Positions 30,321 to 39,151 of a stretch of 64,000 nt of DNA are shown here, one piece after another. The stretch is from an uncultured Alphaproteobacteria bacterium (lineage in GTDB: Bacteria > Pseudomonadota > Alphaproteobacteria > CAAHEQ01 > UBA3637), in contig CALXZG010000004.1 in assembly GCA_944393195.1 (NCBI GenBank), forward strand, positions 5,028 to 69,027, written 5' to 3'. A program made the translations under genes and the position numbers. The notes below the pieces were generated by a model. The model made no database searches. It was given only the letters and a program-made list of their open reading frames with translations, and had not been told where the DNA came from. The stretch's first letter is position 1. Every line of letters starts with the position of its first letter.

Positions 30321-31802
30321 ATGAAAAAAGAAGTAAAATCGGCATGGGGAACGGCCGTTTTAATGGTGTTAAGCGGCGGGATAAGTAGTCTTGCTTTTGC
30401 ACCTGTTTATTTTTGGGGAGTATTGCCAATCACGTTATCGTGGCTGTTGGGACGATTGAATCGGGAGATTTCTTTCGGAAAGGCTTTTAAAATCGGCGGA
30501 TTGTTCGGATTCGGATTGGGTATCTGCTCCCTGTATTGGATTTCATACGCTTTGATGATTGACGAGGGGCGTTTTATGGCGTTGATTTTGCCGGCCTTAA
30601 TCGGTATCGGCCTTTTATTCGGTCTTTTTTGGGGATTATCCGGCGGCTTGGCCGTTCTTTTCCCGATCGGATACCGCCGATGGTTGGCTTTTGCCGCTTG
30701 GGTTACATTGCTTGAATGGGTGCGTAGTTGGTTTTTAAGCGGATTCCCTTGGAATTTAATGGGATCGGTTTGGGAAAATGAACTCGGTGTTTTACAATCG
30801 GCTTCCGTTTGGGGGGTGTATGGCTTATCGTTTATCACGATACTTGTTTTTTCGGCACCGGCTTTGGGAATCAAAAAACGAATCGTATGGGGTGGGGCTA
30901 TCGGTTTGGCCTGTATTGCGGCCATGGGGTATTGGCGGTTATATGATACGCCGCGGGAAGATGTGTTCGGGGTTCGGTTGCGAATCGTTCAGCCGAATAT
31001 CCCCCAGACGTTGAAATGGCAGCCGAAAGCGGCGGACGATTCACTGACAAAACTCATCCGGTTGTCGCGTACGGATAATGCCAAGATTACACACGTGATT
31101 TGGCCGGAAACGGCGGTTCCTTTCTTGGTGAATTGGCATGATGATGAGCGGTTACGTTTGATGAGTGCCGTGCGACAGGGCGGAACGTTGATTACAGGGG
31201 GGATGCGTGCCGTTAATCCCGACGAGCGGACAGTCGCAAACAGTTTGTTTGTTTTAAATGACTTGGCGGAAATTCAATATTTTTATGACAAGTCGCATTT
31301 AGTACCGTTTGGGGAGTATGTACCGTTGCGTGGAATATTGCCGCTGGATAAAATTGTGCCGATACAATCTGATTTTGTGGCGGGACAAGGGGTGCGGACG
31401 ATTCGAATCCCCAAAGCGCCGCCGGCCGGTCCGTTGATTTGTTATGAAGTTATCTTTTCGGGACAGGTTGCGAATAAAAAGCGGCGACCGGAATGGTTAA
31501 TTAATGTGACGAATGACGGGTGGTATGGGATGTCCGCCGGTCCGTATCAGCATTTGGGTATGGCGCGTATGCGGGCGGTGGAAGAAGGATTACCGGTTGT
31601 TCGTGCGGCTAATACAGGAATAAGTGCGGTCTTTGACGGTTGTGGGCGGACGATCGGAACGGTGGCTTTGGGAACGGAAGGTGTTTTGGACACGGCTTTG
31701 CCCCGTGCTTTGGCACCGACCACGTATGCTCGTTTCGGAGCCGGTATTCCGGTGGGCATCAGTTTGTTAATTTTGCTTTTTTCTGTGCGTTGGCGAAAAT
31801 AG
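30321..31802 (+). CDS. lnt: Apolipoprotein N-acyltransferase
   Basis: Polytopic N-terminal half. CN-hydrolase half with VQPNIPQ, VIWPE and LICYE motifs. Starts right after the GT2 stop. Confidence 0.85.
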   Translation: MKKEVKSAWGTAVLMVLSGGISSLAFAPVYFWGVLPITLSWLLGRLNREISFGKAFKIGGLFGFGLGICSLYWISYALMIDEGRFMALILPALIGIGLLFGLFWGLSGGLAVLFPIGYRRWLAFAAWVTLLEWVRSWFLSGFPWNLMGSVWENELGVLQSASVWGVYGLSFITILVFSAPALGIKKRIVWGGAIGLACIAAMGYWRLYDTPREDVFGVRLRIVQPNIPQTLKWQPKAADDSLTKLIRLSRTDNAKITHVIWPETAVPFLVNWHDDERLRLMSAVRQGGTLITGGMRAVNPDERTVANSLFVLNDLAEIQYFYDKSHLVPFGEYVPLRGILPLDKIVPIQSDFVAGQGVRTIRIPKAPPAGPLICYEVIFSGQVANKKRRPEWLINVTNDGWYGMSAGPYQHLGMARMRAVEEGLPVVRAANTGISAVFDGCGRTIGTVALGTEGVLDTALPRALAPTTYARFGAGIPVGISLLILLFSVRWRK

Positions 31803-31805
31803 TCC

Positions 31806-31834
31806 TTGACAAACGGATTTTTATTCTATATAGT
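31806..31834 (+). promoter_or_regulatory. Sigma70-type promoter for rpmJ
   Basis: TTGACA, 17-nt spacer, TATAGT, ~35 nt upstream of the rpmJ ATG. Confidence 0.6.
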
Positions 31835-31867
31835 ACAAACTCGGTTTTATATAGAAAGGGTAGCGTC

Positions 31868-31993
31868 ATGAAAGTTCGTTGTTCATTAAAGTCCGCCAAA
31901 ACGCGCGATAAAGACTGCAAAGTCGTTCGCCGGAAAGGTCGTGTTTATGTCATTAACAAGAAAAAGCCCAAAATGAAGGCTCGTCAAGGTTAA
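31868..31993 (+). CDS. rpmJ: 50S ribosomal protein L36
   Basis: [41 protein letters not shown], 41 aa. Matches the alphaproteobacterial/mitochondrial L36 pattern (..[18 protein letters not shown]). Confidence 0.9.
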   Translation: MKVRCSLKSAKTRDKDCKVVRRKGRVYVINKKKPKMKARQG

Positions 31994-32012
31994 TGGTTTT
32001 TAATCATCAATA

Positions 32013-32040
32013 TTAAACCCGTCCGATTGGGCGGGTTTAA
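32013..32040 (+). terminator. Hairpin terminator after rpmJ
   Basis: ttaaacccg / cgggtttaa 9-bp stem. The T-run is weak. Confidence 0.5.
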
Positions 32041-32378
32041 TTATATGTGTTACGGTTTATACTGCTTTGAAAACGGTATAGACCGTATTTTTTATTGTTT
32101 TCAAACGGATATTTTTTTAGTGTTACAAGAAAAAAACACCCATGTGATAGGGTGTATCAAAATAATGATGATTTATGAGTATGTTAGGAAATGAGTGTAA
32201 CAATTTAATGTTCATTAAAATGTTATAGATGTTGTGTATCACAAAAGTGAAAACAAAGCAAGAAGAAAATATCGATATTATAAAGAGTTCTCGTTCATTT
32301 TGAAAAAAGTCAGGTAAGGCGCAAAAAGTGTAACAAAAAAAGGAACATTTTTTTGTTATAGTTGAAAAGGAGTATTAA

Positions 32379-33644
32379 ATGATTGAAATGAATAAAGAAA
32401 CCGGTCGGAGTATGGTTGAAATGATTGGTGTTTTGGCCGTGGCCGGCGTATTGTCAATCGGTGGGGTGGCCGGGTATCGGTATGCGATGGACAAGATGAA
32501 TGCGAATGACATTATCAACGAAGTGAAAAAGAGAGCCGTGACGGCAAGTCAACAACGGATCTTGGGTCATGATATTAATTTATCGGAATATGGGGACAAC
32601 GGGCGGATAAAGGGAATTCACGCCGTTACAGTGACAAACGATTATGCGGGGGATAAAGGGTTCTTTGCGTTAACGGTATCGGCAGTCCCGCAACGAGTGT
32701 GTGATGACATCCTGAAACAGGATTGGAATATGCCGGTAGAAACCGCCGTCGGTGGTGTTGTGGTCGATGACGATACAACGTGCGCCGAAGGGGATAATGA
32801 AATGTTATTTGCGTTTGCGAATACATTGGATAATTCCCACTTACCGGGAGAAGGGGGAGGAGAGAACGGAGATGATAACGAACCCGAACTTGAACCGTGT
32901 GCAGAGGGTGAATATCGATTGTCGACAGGGGAGTGTATTACAGATCCGCATACAGAGTGTGCAGATGGAGAGTTTTATAATGGACTCACGGATTCTTGTA
33001 CAACTTGTCCGACAGAGGGAAGTCCTGTCGAAAATAATCCATCATATATAGAGGATACGTGTGAAAAATGCGTAGGGTCGCGGTATGGTGGAGATTATCC
33101 CCGCTATTGTGTCTATTGTCCAACGGGTGTTGTATGTGGCGATCAATGTTGTGGTGAAGGACAAATGTGTCAACGTAGTGGTTCTTATCCGTATACATAT
33201 ACCTGTGTATCCACATTAGGGGAAGGAGAATGTATGACGAATGATGATTGCACAGGGGATAATCAATATTGCCAGAATGATCATGGTTGTGAAGTGACGG
33301 TTGGGACGTGTGAAACAATTAGTAGCACGACCGTGACAATTAACGGAACCGAATACACAGCATCGACGGAGTATATGTCGTATCATGCGGCAGAGAACTT
33401 CTGTGATGCGCTTGGGAAAAAATTAGCACCGGTGACAGACGGATGTACGGCGGAAGAATTAGCTGCGGCTCAGGCAAATGGTTATTATGGCAGTTGTTCG
33501 GGATGGACGCAGACGACAAACAAGTGGTATTGGACAGCAACCAAATTAAGCGGGTGTAGTTCGTATTACATAACTAGTGACAGTTCAGACGAGGTCGGGT
33601 CTTACCCTTGGGGTAGCGTCGTCAGCTACGCCCTTTGTCGCTAA
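32379..33644 (+). CDS. Prepilin-type N-terminal domain protein with Cys-rich repeats and C-type-lectin-like C-terminus
   Basis: N-terminus KETG/RSMVEMIGVLAVAGVLSIGGVAGY (Gly, Glu at +5, hydrophobic helix). About 40 Cys in CxxxC/CC patterns. C-terminal YHAAENFCDALGKKLAPV...WYWTA...YALCR. Confidence 0.6.
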   Translation: MIEMNKETGRSMVEMIGVLAVAGVLSIGGVAGYRYAMDKMNANDIINEVKKRAVTASQQRILGHDINLSEYGDNGRIKGIHAVTVTNDYAGDKGFFALTVSAVPQRVCDDILKQDWNMPVETAVGGVVVDDDTTCAEGDNEMLFAFANTLDNSHLPGEGGGENGDDNEPELEPCAEGEYRLSTGECITDPHTECADGEFYNGLTDSCTTCPTEGSPVENNPSYIEDTCEKCVGSRYGGDYPRYCVYCPTGVVCGDQCCGEGQMCQRSGSYPYTYTCVSTLGEGECMTNDDCTGDNQYCQNDHGCEVTVGTCETISSTTVTINGTEYTASTEYMSYHAAENFCDALGKKLAPVTDGCTAEELAAAQANGYYGSCSGWTQTTNKWYWTATKLSGCSSYYITSDSSDEVGSYPWGSVVSYALCR

Positions 33645-33680
33645 GGTTCCCGCTTTTTGTGTGATAGGACAAGCGAAACG

Positions 33681-33710
33681 GGGTGAAGAGGTGTCTTCGC
33701 CCTGTTTTTT
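33681..33710 (+). terminator. Intrinsic terminator
   Basis: gggtgaaga-ggtg-tcttcgccc hairpin followed by tgtttttt. Confidence 0.65.
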
Positions 33711-33885
33711 ATAAGAGTGAGGTCGTCACGAGATCCTCGCTTACGCAAGAATGACAGACCGCTTATGGGGTGACGAAATACTTAAAACGGGATGGGTGGG
33801 TAAAGCGATTCGTGGGGCAAGTTTAGGGATACTGTATAAATCGCAAAATCCCCGCCGAAGCGGCGGGGATTTCATGTTGTATTCA

Positions 33886-34221
33886 TTATTTGATGATTTT
33901 GACGATGTCTACGTCAACTTCCGTCGAAAACCAATCTTTATTAATTTCACCGAGGATTTGAATGGTATCTTGCGGTGTGACGTCGACACCGGCCCAATCT
34001 TCGGGGTCTATTTCAACCGTGATTTCACCGGTTTTGTCGGCGAACAGGTATTTGTCTTTAGATACTTGTTTTTGGATGTTACCTTCCAGGATAACCATGG
34101 CATCATCCCGCATTTTTAATGCTTCCGCGACTGTGGAAACGGTATTATTATTGCCGATGAAGGCTGCGGAGACTGCCCCGCCCATCATGACGGCAACGGC
34201 TGTTAATACGATTTTTTTCAT
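33886..34221 (-). CDS. YgiW/BOF family periplasmic OB-fold protein
   Basis: Start at ATG 34221 (MKKIVLTAVAVMMGGAVSA signal). VILEGNIQKQVSKDKYLFADKTGEITVEID...ILGEI...VDVDIV is the typical YgiW pattern. Confidence 0.75.
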   Translation of the reverse strand: MKKIVLTAVAVMMGGAVSAAFIGNNNTVSTVAEALKMRDDAMVILEGNIQKQVSKDKYLFADKTGEITVEIDPEDWAGVDVTPQDTIQILGEINKDWFSTEVDVDIVKIIK

Positions 34222-34283
34222 ATTTGTACTCCTTTCATTTATTGCTTTTTCAGAATAGTGGTGTTTTTGGCAAAAGGCAAGCA

Positions 34284-34637
34284 TTATTTTAACAGGGTGT
34301 CGGCCCATTCTTTTTCCCGAAAACCGATCAAGACGTGATCGGCGGTTATCAGCAACGGTCGTTTAATCAATATACCGTTTGCAGTTAATAAGTCCAATTG
34401 TTCGGATTCCGGCATGGCGGGCAGTTTTGATGATAGATTCAAACGGCGATACAGCAAACCGGATGTGTTGAAAAAACTTTTTAACGGTTTGTGTGACAGG
34501 GATAGCCATGATTTCAGTTCGGCTTTGGTCGGTGTTTCCGTCACAATATGGCGTTCGGTAAACGATAGGTTGTGTTTTTCAAGCCATGCTTTGGCTTTTT
34601 GGCACGTTGAACATTTCGGATAGCAGATAAATAACAT
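34284..34637 (-). CDS. ArsC/Spx/YffB family redox protein
   Basis: Start at ATG 34637 after RBS ggaggtaac. YPKCSTCQKAKAWLEKHNLSF...LIKRPLL pattern. Confidence 0.7.
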   Translation of the reverse strand: MLFICYPKCSTCQKAKAWLEKHNLSFTERHIVTETPTKAELKSWLSLSHKPLKSFFNTSGLLYRRLNLSSKLPAMPESEQLDLLTANGILIKRPLLITADHVLIGFREKEWADTLLK

Positions 34638-34677
34638 TGGGTTACCTCCTTTTTTTGGTATTTTACTCAAAAAGGGC

Positions 34678-34706
34678 TTGACAGTCAATTCATATCCTTC
34701 TATGAT
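34678..34706 (+). promoter_or_regulatory. Sigma70-type promoter for the fur/perR-rbr operon
   Basis: TTGACA, 17-nt spacer, TATGAT. Confidence 0.6.
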
Positions 34707-34707
34707 A

Positions 34708-34717
34708 TTATCGATAA
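34708..34717 (+). promoter_or_regulatory. Palindrome TTATCGATAA overlapping the transcription start region (candidate Fur/PerR box)
   Basis: Perfect 10-nt palindrome directly after the -10 element, in AT-rich context (attatcgataacaattactaataa). Confidence 0.35.
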
Positions 34718-34738
34718 CAATTACTAATAAGGAGGAAT

Positions 34739-35125
34739 ATGCAACGACAAACGATACAGCGACAGATTGTCTTGACAGCGGTTCAAACACTATGTCATGC
34801 AACGGCTGATGAAATTTATCAGTATATTGTCGCATCTCATCCCAGAGTTAGTAAAGCAACCGTTTATCGGAACTTGGGTGTTTTAGCGGATGATGGCCAA
34901 ATCGGTCATATTAAAGCGACAACGGGTGCCGATTATTACGATTGCACAACAACACCGCATTATCACCTGCAATGCGATCGGTGCGGGAAAGTGTTTGATG
35001 TCCCTTTCCTATACTTGGGGGAATTGAATCACATTCCGACGGATCCGGGATTTGTCATCACGGGGCACACGGTTTTATTTCGGGGGATATGCGCAACTTG
35101 TAATACAGAAAAGAAAGGAACGTAA
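34739..35125 (+). CDS. Fur family transcriptional regulator (PerR-like)
   Basis: [11 protein letters not shown]...[10 protein letters not shown] winged helix. [15 protein letters not shown] and GICATC metal-site cysteines. Confidence 0.8.
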   Translation: MQRQTIQRQIVLTAVQTLCHATADEIYQYIVASHPRVSKATVYRNLGVLADDGQIGHIKATTGADYYDCTTTPHYHLQCDRCGKVFDVPFLYLGELNHIPTDPGFVITGHTVLFRGICATCNTEKKGT

Positions 35126-35126
35126 T

Positions 35127-35666
35127 ATGGAATTCAAAGGATCTAAAACAGAACAAAATTTAAAGACAGCTTATGCCGGGGAATCGGAAGCTCGCAACAA
35201 ATACACATACTATGCGTCTCAGGCTAAAAAAGACGGGTATGTGCAAATTGCTAAAATTTTTGAAGAAACGGCCGCTAATGAAAAAGAACATGCCGAAATT
35301 TGGTTTAAGTTATTGCATGACGGCAAAGTGCCCGATACGATGACGAACCTGGCCGATGCCGCCGCCGGTGAAAACTATGAATGGACAGATATGTATGCCG
35401 GCTTTGCCAAAACAGCACATGAAGAAGGCTTTGAAAAAATCGCCCTTTTGTTTGAAATGGTGGCTAAAATCGAAAAGGAACACGAAGAACGCTATCGCAA
35501 GTTATTGAATAACATTAAGGAAGGGATTGTGTTTTCTCGTGAAGGGGATACAATTTGGCAATGTTCAAACTGCGGTCATATCGTTATCGGCAAAAAAGCG
35601 CCGGAAATGTGCCCGGTTTGTTCACATGCAAAGGCTTACTTCCAAATCAAGGCCGAAAATTATTAA
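35127..35666 (+). CDS. rbr: Rubrerythrin
   Basis: [32 protein letters not shown], and a C-terminal rubredoxin-like WQCSNCGH...CPVCSH. Confidence 0.9.
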   Translation: MEFKGSKTEQNLKTAYAGESEARNKYTYYASQAKKDGYVQIAKIFEETAANEKEHAEIWFKLLHDGKVPDTMTNLADAAAGENYEWTDMYAGFAKTAHEEGFEKIALLFEMVAKIEKEHEERYRKLLNNIKEGIVFSREGDTIWQCSNCGHIVIGKKAPEMCPVCSHAKAYFQIKAENY

Positions 35667-35703
35667 GTTATTTAAAACCGTCTTTCGGTATTTGAATGAC
35701 TTG

Positions 35704-35731
35704 AAAATCCCTCCGAACAGGAGGGATTTTT
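35704..35731 (+). terminator. Intrinsic terminator after rbr
   Basis: atccctcc-gaaca-ggagggat hairpin with flanking A and T runs. Confidence 0.7.
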
Positions 35732-35793
35732 GGTACTTGTCTTTTCATCGGAAACATCCCATATAAAACCTGTATTTTTACAAGGGAGGATGT

Positions 35794-36285
35794 ATGAAAA
35801 ATATTTGGCTTTTAATTGTCAGCTTAATTTTAATTATGTGCGGAATCTATGTCCTGTTTAGTCCGGCAACGGCTTTGGTTGCTTCGGCGTTAATTGCCGG
35901 TGCGGCTTTTATCGCCATGGGGGCGGGATATTTGATGGCTTTTCGATACACGCGGTCCTATATGCATGTTACGTTAGGTGTTTTGGATATTGTGGTCGGA
36001 TTGATTTTGTTGGTTAACCTGGGCGTTACGGCGGCCAGTATGCCGATTATCTTTGCTTTTTGGTGTTTGTTTGTCGGTATTACCCAAGTGGTGGCCGCGT
36101 TGGAATTGCGTGAAGTCGGCGAACCGATTGAAAAGTGGTTGTTGGCTTCCGGTATCATCGGGATTATTTTTTCGTTACTCATTTTCTTTAATCCTGTTTT
36201 CGGAGTGTTGACGATTTCTTTCCTGATGGGAGCCTATTTGATTTTATATGGTGCTTTTGAATTAAATCGATATTTAAGACAATAG
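35794..36285 (+). CDS. HdeD/DUF308 family membrane protein
   Basis: Six short TM segments with the repeated pattern typical of DUF308 (GIYVLFSP..., GIIGIIFSLLIFFNP...). Confidence 0.6.
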   Translation: MKNIWLLIVSLILIMCGIYVLFSPATALVASALIAGAAFIAMGAGYLMAFRYTRSYMHVTLGVLDIVVGLILLVNLGVTAASMPIIFAFWCLFVGITQVVAALELREVGEPIEKWLLASGIIGIIFSLLIFFNPVFGVLTISFLMGAYLILYGAFELNRYLRQ

Positions 36286-36300
36286 AAAACAGTGTCAATT

Positions 36301-36326
36301 AACCCCGGTTTCGGCCGGGGTTTTTG
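36301..36326 (+). terminator. Intrinsic terminator
   Basis: aaccccgg-tttcgg-ccggggtt hairpin followed by tttttg. Confidence 0.7.
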
Positions 36327-36416
36327 TTATGGCGTAAATATCCGCCCTATCTTGATAAAAAAGCTTGTATTCCGGATCGGTTTCGGGTTATGATAAAAGA
36401 AATGAAAGGATAACGG

Positions 36417-38402
36417 ATGACATATATTACGGGGCAGGATGTATCGACAGAGCATATTTTACGATTGGCCGACCAATTGGCGTTGACTCCTTGGCCGTCG
36501 GCAGAGCAGCCTCAGTTATCCGGGATGACACACAAAACACCGTTGCCGGATGATTTGGTGGTTGTGACAAGTCATTTGACGGAAAGTAATATTCAGGCGT
36601 TATTACAAAAATCGGTCAGTTATATTATTGATGCGGCGGCGTTAGATGAATCGATTCAAAATTTCCTTGGGTATGCGCGGGAACATTCATTGGATCACGC
36701 CATAGGGGTTTTGTTGACTTGTCCGGTTATTTATGCCTGTGATGTGGCTAAAATTTTTACGGAAGCTTTGGATCATTATTTAAACTTTTCCCGAAATCGG
36801 TATGAAGGGATTCATTTGGCGTTACACGAATCGATGGTTAACGGGTTGATTCACGGTAATTTACAATTATCCAGTAATCTGCGCCAATCGGCACGTGATT
36901 TTATCGAATATGCTCGGTTATTGGATGAACGTTTGAATGATCCGGCGTATGCCCAAAAATCAATGGGGGTGTGGGCGACATGGGATATGGAAAAGTTGGA
37001 AATTAAAATTCGGGATGAAGGTGCCGGATATAGTGCAATGCCGATTATGAGCGCACAACCGACACTGCGTTCTAAATCGGGACGGGGGCTTCGGATTATT
37101 GCGGGAACGGCGGATTCATGTACGATTGATGATTTCGGTCGGGAAATCACGTTGTCTTTCTTACGGGGAGAACGGGAAATGTATCCCGTATCGGGGGATG
37201 CCGGGGATGAATTAGTGTCGGAACAACGGCTACATGCACCGGATTTATCGCAATGTCGGGTTTTGGTTATTGAAGATAATAAGAGTAATCAGGCGGTATT
37301 GAGTCGGCTTTTGAATGTGATTGGCATTGTGAACATTGAAATGGCGGCGGATGGGATTGAAGGGTTGCAAAAAGTACCGACCTATCGGCCGGACTTAATT
37401 ATTTTGGATTTAACTATGCCGCGGATGAATGGGTATGAGGTTTTATATCATTTAAAATCGGCCCCGGAAACGCGATCGATTCCTGTTTTGGTGCAAACGG
37501 TTTCCGATACGCGGGAAACACGGGAAAAGACGTTTAGTTCCGGTGCGACGGATTTTATTTCCAAGCCGTTGAATCCGTTGGAATTTTTTGCCCGGGTCAA
37601 GGTACATTTGGAAAATACGTTATTGGTTCGTCATTTGGAAGGAGAGTTGTCCCGTATTGAAACAGAGTTGCATGCAGCCCAACGTATGCAAGTTGGTATG
37701 TTACCGGATTCCGATCATGTGGATGAAGTGCGAACCATGTTTCATGTGGATATTGCGCAGTATTTTTCGCCGTCATCGGCTTTGGGCGGTGATTTTTGGC
37801 AGATGTTTCCGATCCGCGGTAAACTATTGGGATTTTACATGTGCGATTTTTCCGGACACGGGGTAGCGGCGGCTTTGAATACGTTTCGATTGCATGCCAT
37901 TATTGCGCAGACGGATAAGAAAAAAATCGTCAGTCCGGCCGCTTTTTTGAAAAATATCAATACGCAGTTATATGATTTATTGCCTCGGGGACAGTTTGCG
38001 ACGTTTTTCTTCGGTATTTATGATCGGGAGGCCGGGGTGTTGACGTATGCCAGTGCCGGATCTCCGCCACCCATGATTAAATCCGGCCGCAAAGTCAGTT
38101 TTTTGGATACGGCGGGAATGCCGCTCGGGATTATGAAAAATCCGGGATATAGCGATAAAGTTTTATCCGTTCGGTCTGGGGATATGCTCTTTTTATTCAG
38201 TGATGCATTAACGGAAAGTCCGAATAAAGCCGGAGAACGGTTGGGAAATGCGGGGTTGAAAAAATTGATTATGCCGCATTTAAAGAAAGAAAATGCCTAT
38301 GTGTCGTTAATGGATATTATGCATGATTTCTTCACGTTTGCGCCGCCCCCGCCGCCGGATGATGTGACGGCTGTTTTAATGCGATTTGATCCGGAGTCAT
38401 GA
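36417..38402 (+). CDS. Multidomain signalling protein: HATPase-like (anti-sigma kinase type) + receiver + PP2C/SpoIIE phosphatase
   Basis: HESMVNGLIHGN, IRDEGAGY and GRGLRII (ATPase boxes). RVLVIEDN...DLIILDLTMPRMNG...K (receiver). GGDFWQMFP...CDFSGHGVAAAL...DDVT (PP2C). Confidence 0.75.
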   Translation: MTYITGQDVSTEHILRLADQLALTPWPSAEQPQLSGMTHKTPLPDDLVVVTSHLTESNIQALLQKSVSYIIDAAALDESIQNFLGYAREHSLDHAIGVLLTCPVIYACDVAKIFTEALDHYLNFSRNRYEGIHLALHESMVNGLIHGNLQLSSNLRQSARDFIEYARLLDERLNDPAYAQKSMGVWATWDMEKLEIKIRDEGAGYSAMPIMSAQPTLRSKSGRGLRIIAGTADSCTIDDFGREITLSFLRGEREMYPVSGDAGDELVSEQRLHAPDLSQCRVLVIEDNKSNQAVLSRLLNVIGIVNIEMAADGIEGLQKVPTYRPDLIILDLTMPRMNGYEVLYHLKSAPETRSIPVLVQTVSDTRETREKTFSSGATDFISKPLNPLEFFARVKVHLENTLLVRHLEGELSRIETELHAAQRMQVGMLPDSDHVDEVRTMFHVDIAQYFSPSSALGGDFWQMFPIRGKLLGFYMCDFSGHGVAAALNTFRLHAIIAQTDKKKIVSPAAFLKNINTQLYDLLPRGQFATFFFGIYDREAGVLTYASAGSPPPMIKSGRKVSFLDTAGMPLGIMKNPGYSDKVLSVRSGDMLFLFSDALTESPNKAGERLGNAGLKKLIMPHLKKENAYVSLMDIMHDFFTFAPPPPPDDVTAVLMRFDPES

Positions 38403-39115
38403 TGATACGTTTGTTTGTTGACCTGTCCTTAGCGGAAAATCAATCCATTCCGTTGGATGAGAAGCAAGGCCATTACCTAATGCATGTGATGCGGTGTCGA
38501 CCGGAGGATCGGATTTTGGTGTTTAACGGTCGGGATGGGGAATGGGAAGCCCTTATTCAAGCGGTTAGTAAAAAAAGTTGGGCGGTTGTTCCCGTTCGAC
38601 AGGTGCGGAAGCAGGTGTCGGATAAGCCGGTTATTTTGTGTCCGGCCCTGATCAAAAAAGAAAACTTTGACTTTGTTTTACAAAAGGCAACCGAATTGGG
38701 GGTTACGGATATTCGGCCGATTGTGACGCAGCGGACGGTTGTGCGGCAATTAAACAAGGCAAGAGCCGAAGCAACGGTGCGTGAAGCGGCCGAACAATGT
38801 GAACGTTTAACGGTTCCGACGATTGCCGATCCGGTTATGTTGCCTCAGGCGTTGGCGGATTTACCAACCGATGTCAGGGTTGTTTATTTATCCGAGCGCG
38901 GGGTTACGACGGCACCCGTTCCAAAGGATGATATTGTTGCTTTTGTGATCGGGCCCGAGGGTGGTTTCACTCCGGATGAGATTGATTTGTTGGCGCGTCG
39001 AAAAGGGAGCCTTTCCTGTCATTTGGGAACGACGATTTTGCGGGCCGAAACGGCGGCAATTGCCATATTAAGTTGTTATGCCTTTCATATTTTTGATCGG
39101 TCGGATGAAAAATAG
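38399..39115 (+). CDS. rsmE: 16S rRNA (uracil1498-N3)-methyltransferase
   Basis: MIRLFV N-terminus, VIGPEGGFTPDEI and LGTTILRAETAAI motifs. ATGA overlap with the upstream gene. Confidence 0.8.
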   Translation: MMIRLFVDLSLAENQSIPLDEKQGHYLMHVMRCRPEDRILVFNGRDGEWEALIQAVSKKSWAVVPVRQVRKQVSDKPVILCPALIKKENFDFVLQKATELGVTDIRPIVTQRTVVRQLNKARAEATVREAAEQCERLTVPTIADPVMLPQALADLPTDVRVVYLSERGVTTAPVPKDDIVAFVIGPEGGFTPDEIDLLARRKGSLSCHLGTTILRAETAAIAILSCYAFHIFDRSDEK

Positions 39116-39151
39116 CACGTATCGGGGCAGCGTATTTAGGATGTATATTAT

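Noticed and set aside
33751-34119. 122 aa plus-strand ORF after the pilin-like gene.
   Set aside because: It lies antisense to the well-supported YgiW-family gene and starts downstream of a strong terminator.
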